Below, piece by piece: positions 34,583-35,340 of a DNA stretch of 35,340 bases (within the stretch, counting starts at the first letter, position 1; every line of letters begins with the position of its first letter). Made by a program: the position numbers and the translations under genes. This DNA comes from a virus. Lineage: Duplodnaviria > Caudoviricetes. Under the pieces are notes generated by a model. It did not search any database and was not told the DNA's origin. It saw nothing but the letters and a program-made list of their open reading frames with translations. Location: the IMG/VR virus record IMGVR_UViG_3300020044_006352, positions 1-35,340 of that record; one strand, given 5' to 3'.

Positions 34583-34962
34583 AAAGATAGAAGCTCAATG
34601 AGGCGGGCTTCGGTCACCTCTATGGGCTGTGTCATGTTGATGCTACTGATGTAGCACTTACCGTCGTCAAAAGATGTGTTCTCGAAAGTAACAATCACCC
34701 ATCCTTTGTAGTTCCATTCTGTCCCGGCCGTGCCTTTGGTCATCCAATCGTGCATCCGCCGAAACTGCCGCCGCTGCCCTGTGGATAGTTCTTTGCCGTG
34801 TGTCTTTACTTCAACAAACATCACCTCGCGGCGTTGCCAGTTCCACAGCATGAAGTCCACATCACTCACGGAGAATCCCGTTTCGGAGTTCGGCAGGTTA
34901 CGCCGAACCCAATTGCTAAAGGTCAAGTCTCGAGTGCGTGTGATTTCGGGGCGTGTCATCGT
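34575..34962 (-). repeat. Diverged inverted copy of 1464-1851
   Basis: Manual alignment: about 14 substitutions in 388 nt, one amino-acid change (V to T). Confidence 0.95.
34579..34959 (-). CDS. Second allele of the 126-aa PD-(D/E)XK nuclease-fold protein
   Basis: 125 of 126 aa identical to 1467-1847. Confidence 0.85.
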   Translation of the reverse strand: MTRPEITRTRDLTFSNWVRRNLPNSETGFSVSDVDFMLWNWQRREVMFVEVKTHGKELSTGQRRQFRRMHDWMTKGTAGTEWNYKGWVIVTFENTSFDDGKCYISSINMTQPIEVTEARLIELLSF

Positions 34963-35339
34963 TCGTCAGTTCCAAATTTCTTACGCTCAAGATGTACCTG
35001 TTCATGGCAATATCTACATAGTGTCATCAGATTTGAAGGATCGTCCGAACCTCCGCCCTGTCTTGATTGTATATGATGAATATGAAATCCAATAAGTCCA
35101 ATTTCTTGTTTTGTTCTTAGACACCATTGACAAAATGGCAAACCGTATTTTTTCCATAATCTCAAATTCGGTTTAGCCAGTGGCAATTTCTCGTTATTTG
35201 CTTTCAGCCAATTTGTTCCGGTGAAAAATCTACAATCGTATGAAGTGCAAAACCAACTTCCTACATGTGGCGGCGTATCGTCTGAATATTTTACAAGTAT
35301 TTCTTGGCCACATTCCGAACAACATTCAGCAGATTGCTT
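34956..35339 (-). CDS. Zn-ribbon plus HNH endonuclease (5' end beyond the window)
   Basis: Frame is open to the window edge: CSECG...PPHVGSWFC....C, then CQWC...HHIQSRQGGGSDDPSNLMTLCRYCHEQVH. ATGA-coupled to the nuclease gene. Confidence 0.85.
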   Translation of the reverse strand, partial: KQSAECCSECGQEILVKYSDDTPPHVGSWFCTSYDCRFFTGTNWLKANNEKLPLAKPNLRLWKKYGLPFCQWCLRTKQEIGLIGFHIHHIQSRQGGGSDDPSNLMTLCRYCHEQVHLERKKFGTDER

Positions 35340-35340
35340 G

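Noticed and set aside
1-35340. Integrated prophage, lysogeny module, tRNA genes or alternative genetic code
   Set aside because: No integrase, divergent repressor, host genes or cloverleaf was recognised. All three stop codons end genes normally under the standard code.

Overview
The window is essentially one complete tailed-phage (siphovirus-like) genome with a unit length of about 34,086 bp. All genes run on the + strand except the last ~760 nt. Gene order: recombination/replication (PD-(D/E)XK exonuclease, HNH, resolvase-like protein, nuclease, SSB-like protein, Prim-Pol/VirE primase-helicase, GGGTACCC-iteron origin, SNF2-like helicase, VRR-NUC); packaging and HK97-type head; a ~4.8 kb fibre-like module; lysis; neck; a GT2 glycosyltransferase; tail (tube, chaperones, tape measure, tip); and an early region of small shuffled genes driven by two near-identical TAnnTTTG promoters. 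No integrase, DNA polymerase, tRNA, CRISPR array or reverse transcriptase was seen. The two ends overlap but come from different haplotypes (~92% identical by manual alignment). The right end folds back through a 5-bp microhomology into an inverted copy of 1464-1851, which has a different HNH gene upstream. Best candidates for new biology: (1) a protein-glycosylating-type GT2 translationally coupled to the major tail protein gene; (2) a head/neck fibre module with a 22 x 22-aa ruler-like protein; (3) a catalytically dead serine-recombinase domain in a swappable HNH cassette, with a recombinase-type DNA-binding domain in a separate gene; (4) a repeat-linked, domain-shuffled early gene array. 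All protein calls come from reading motifs by eye; no database searches were run.
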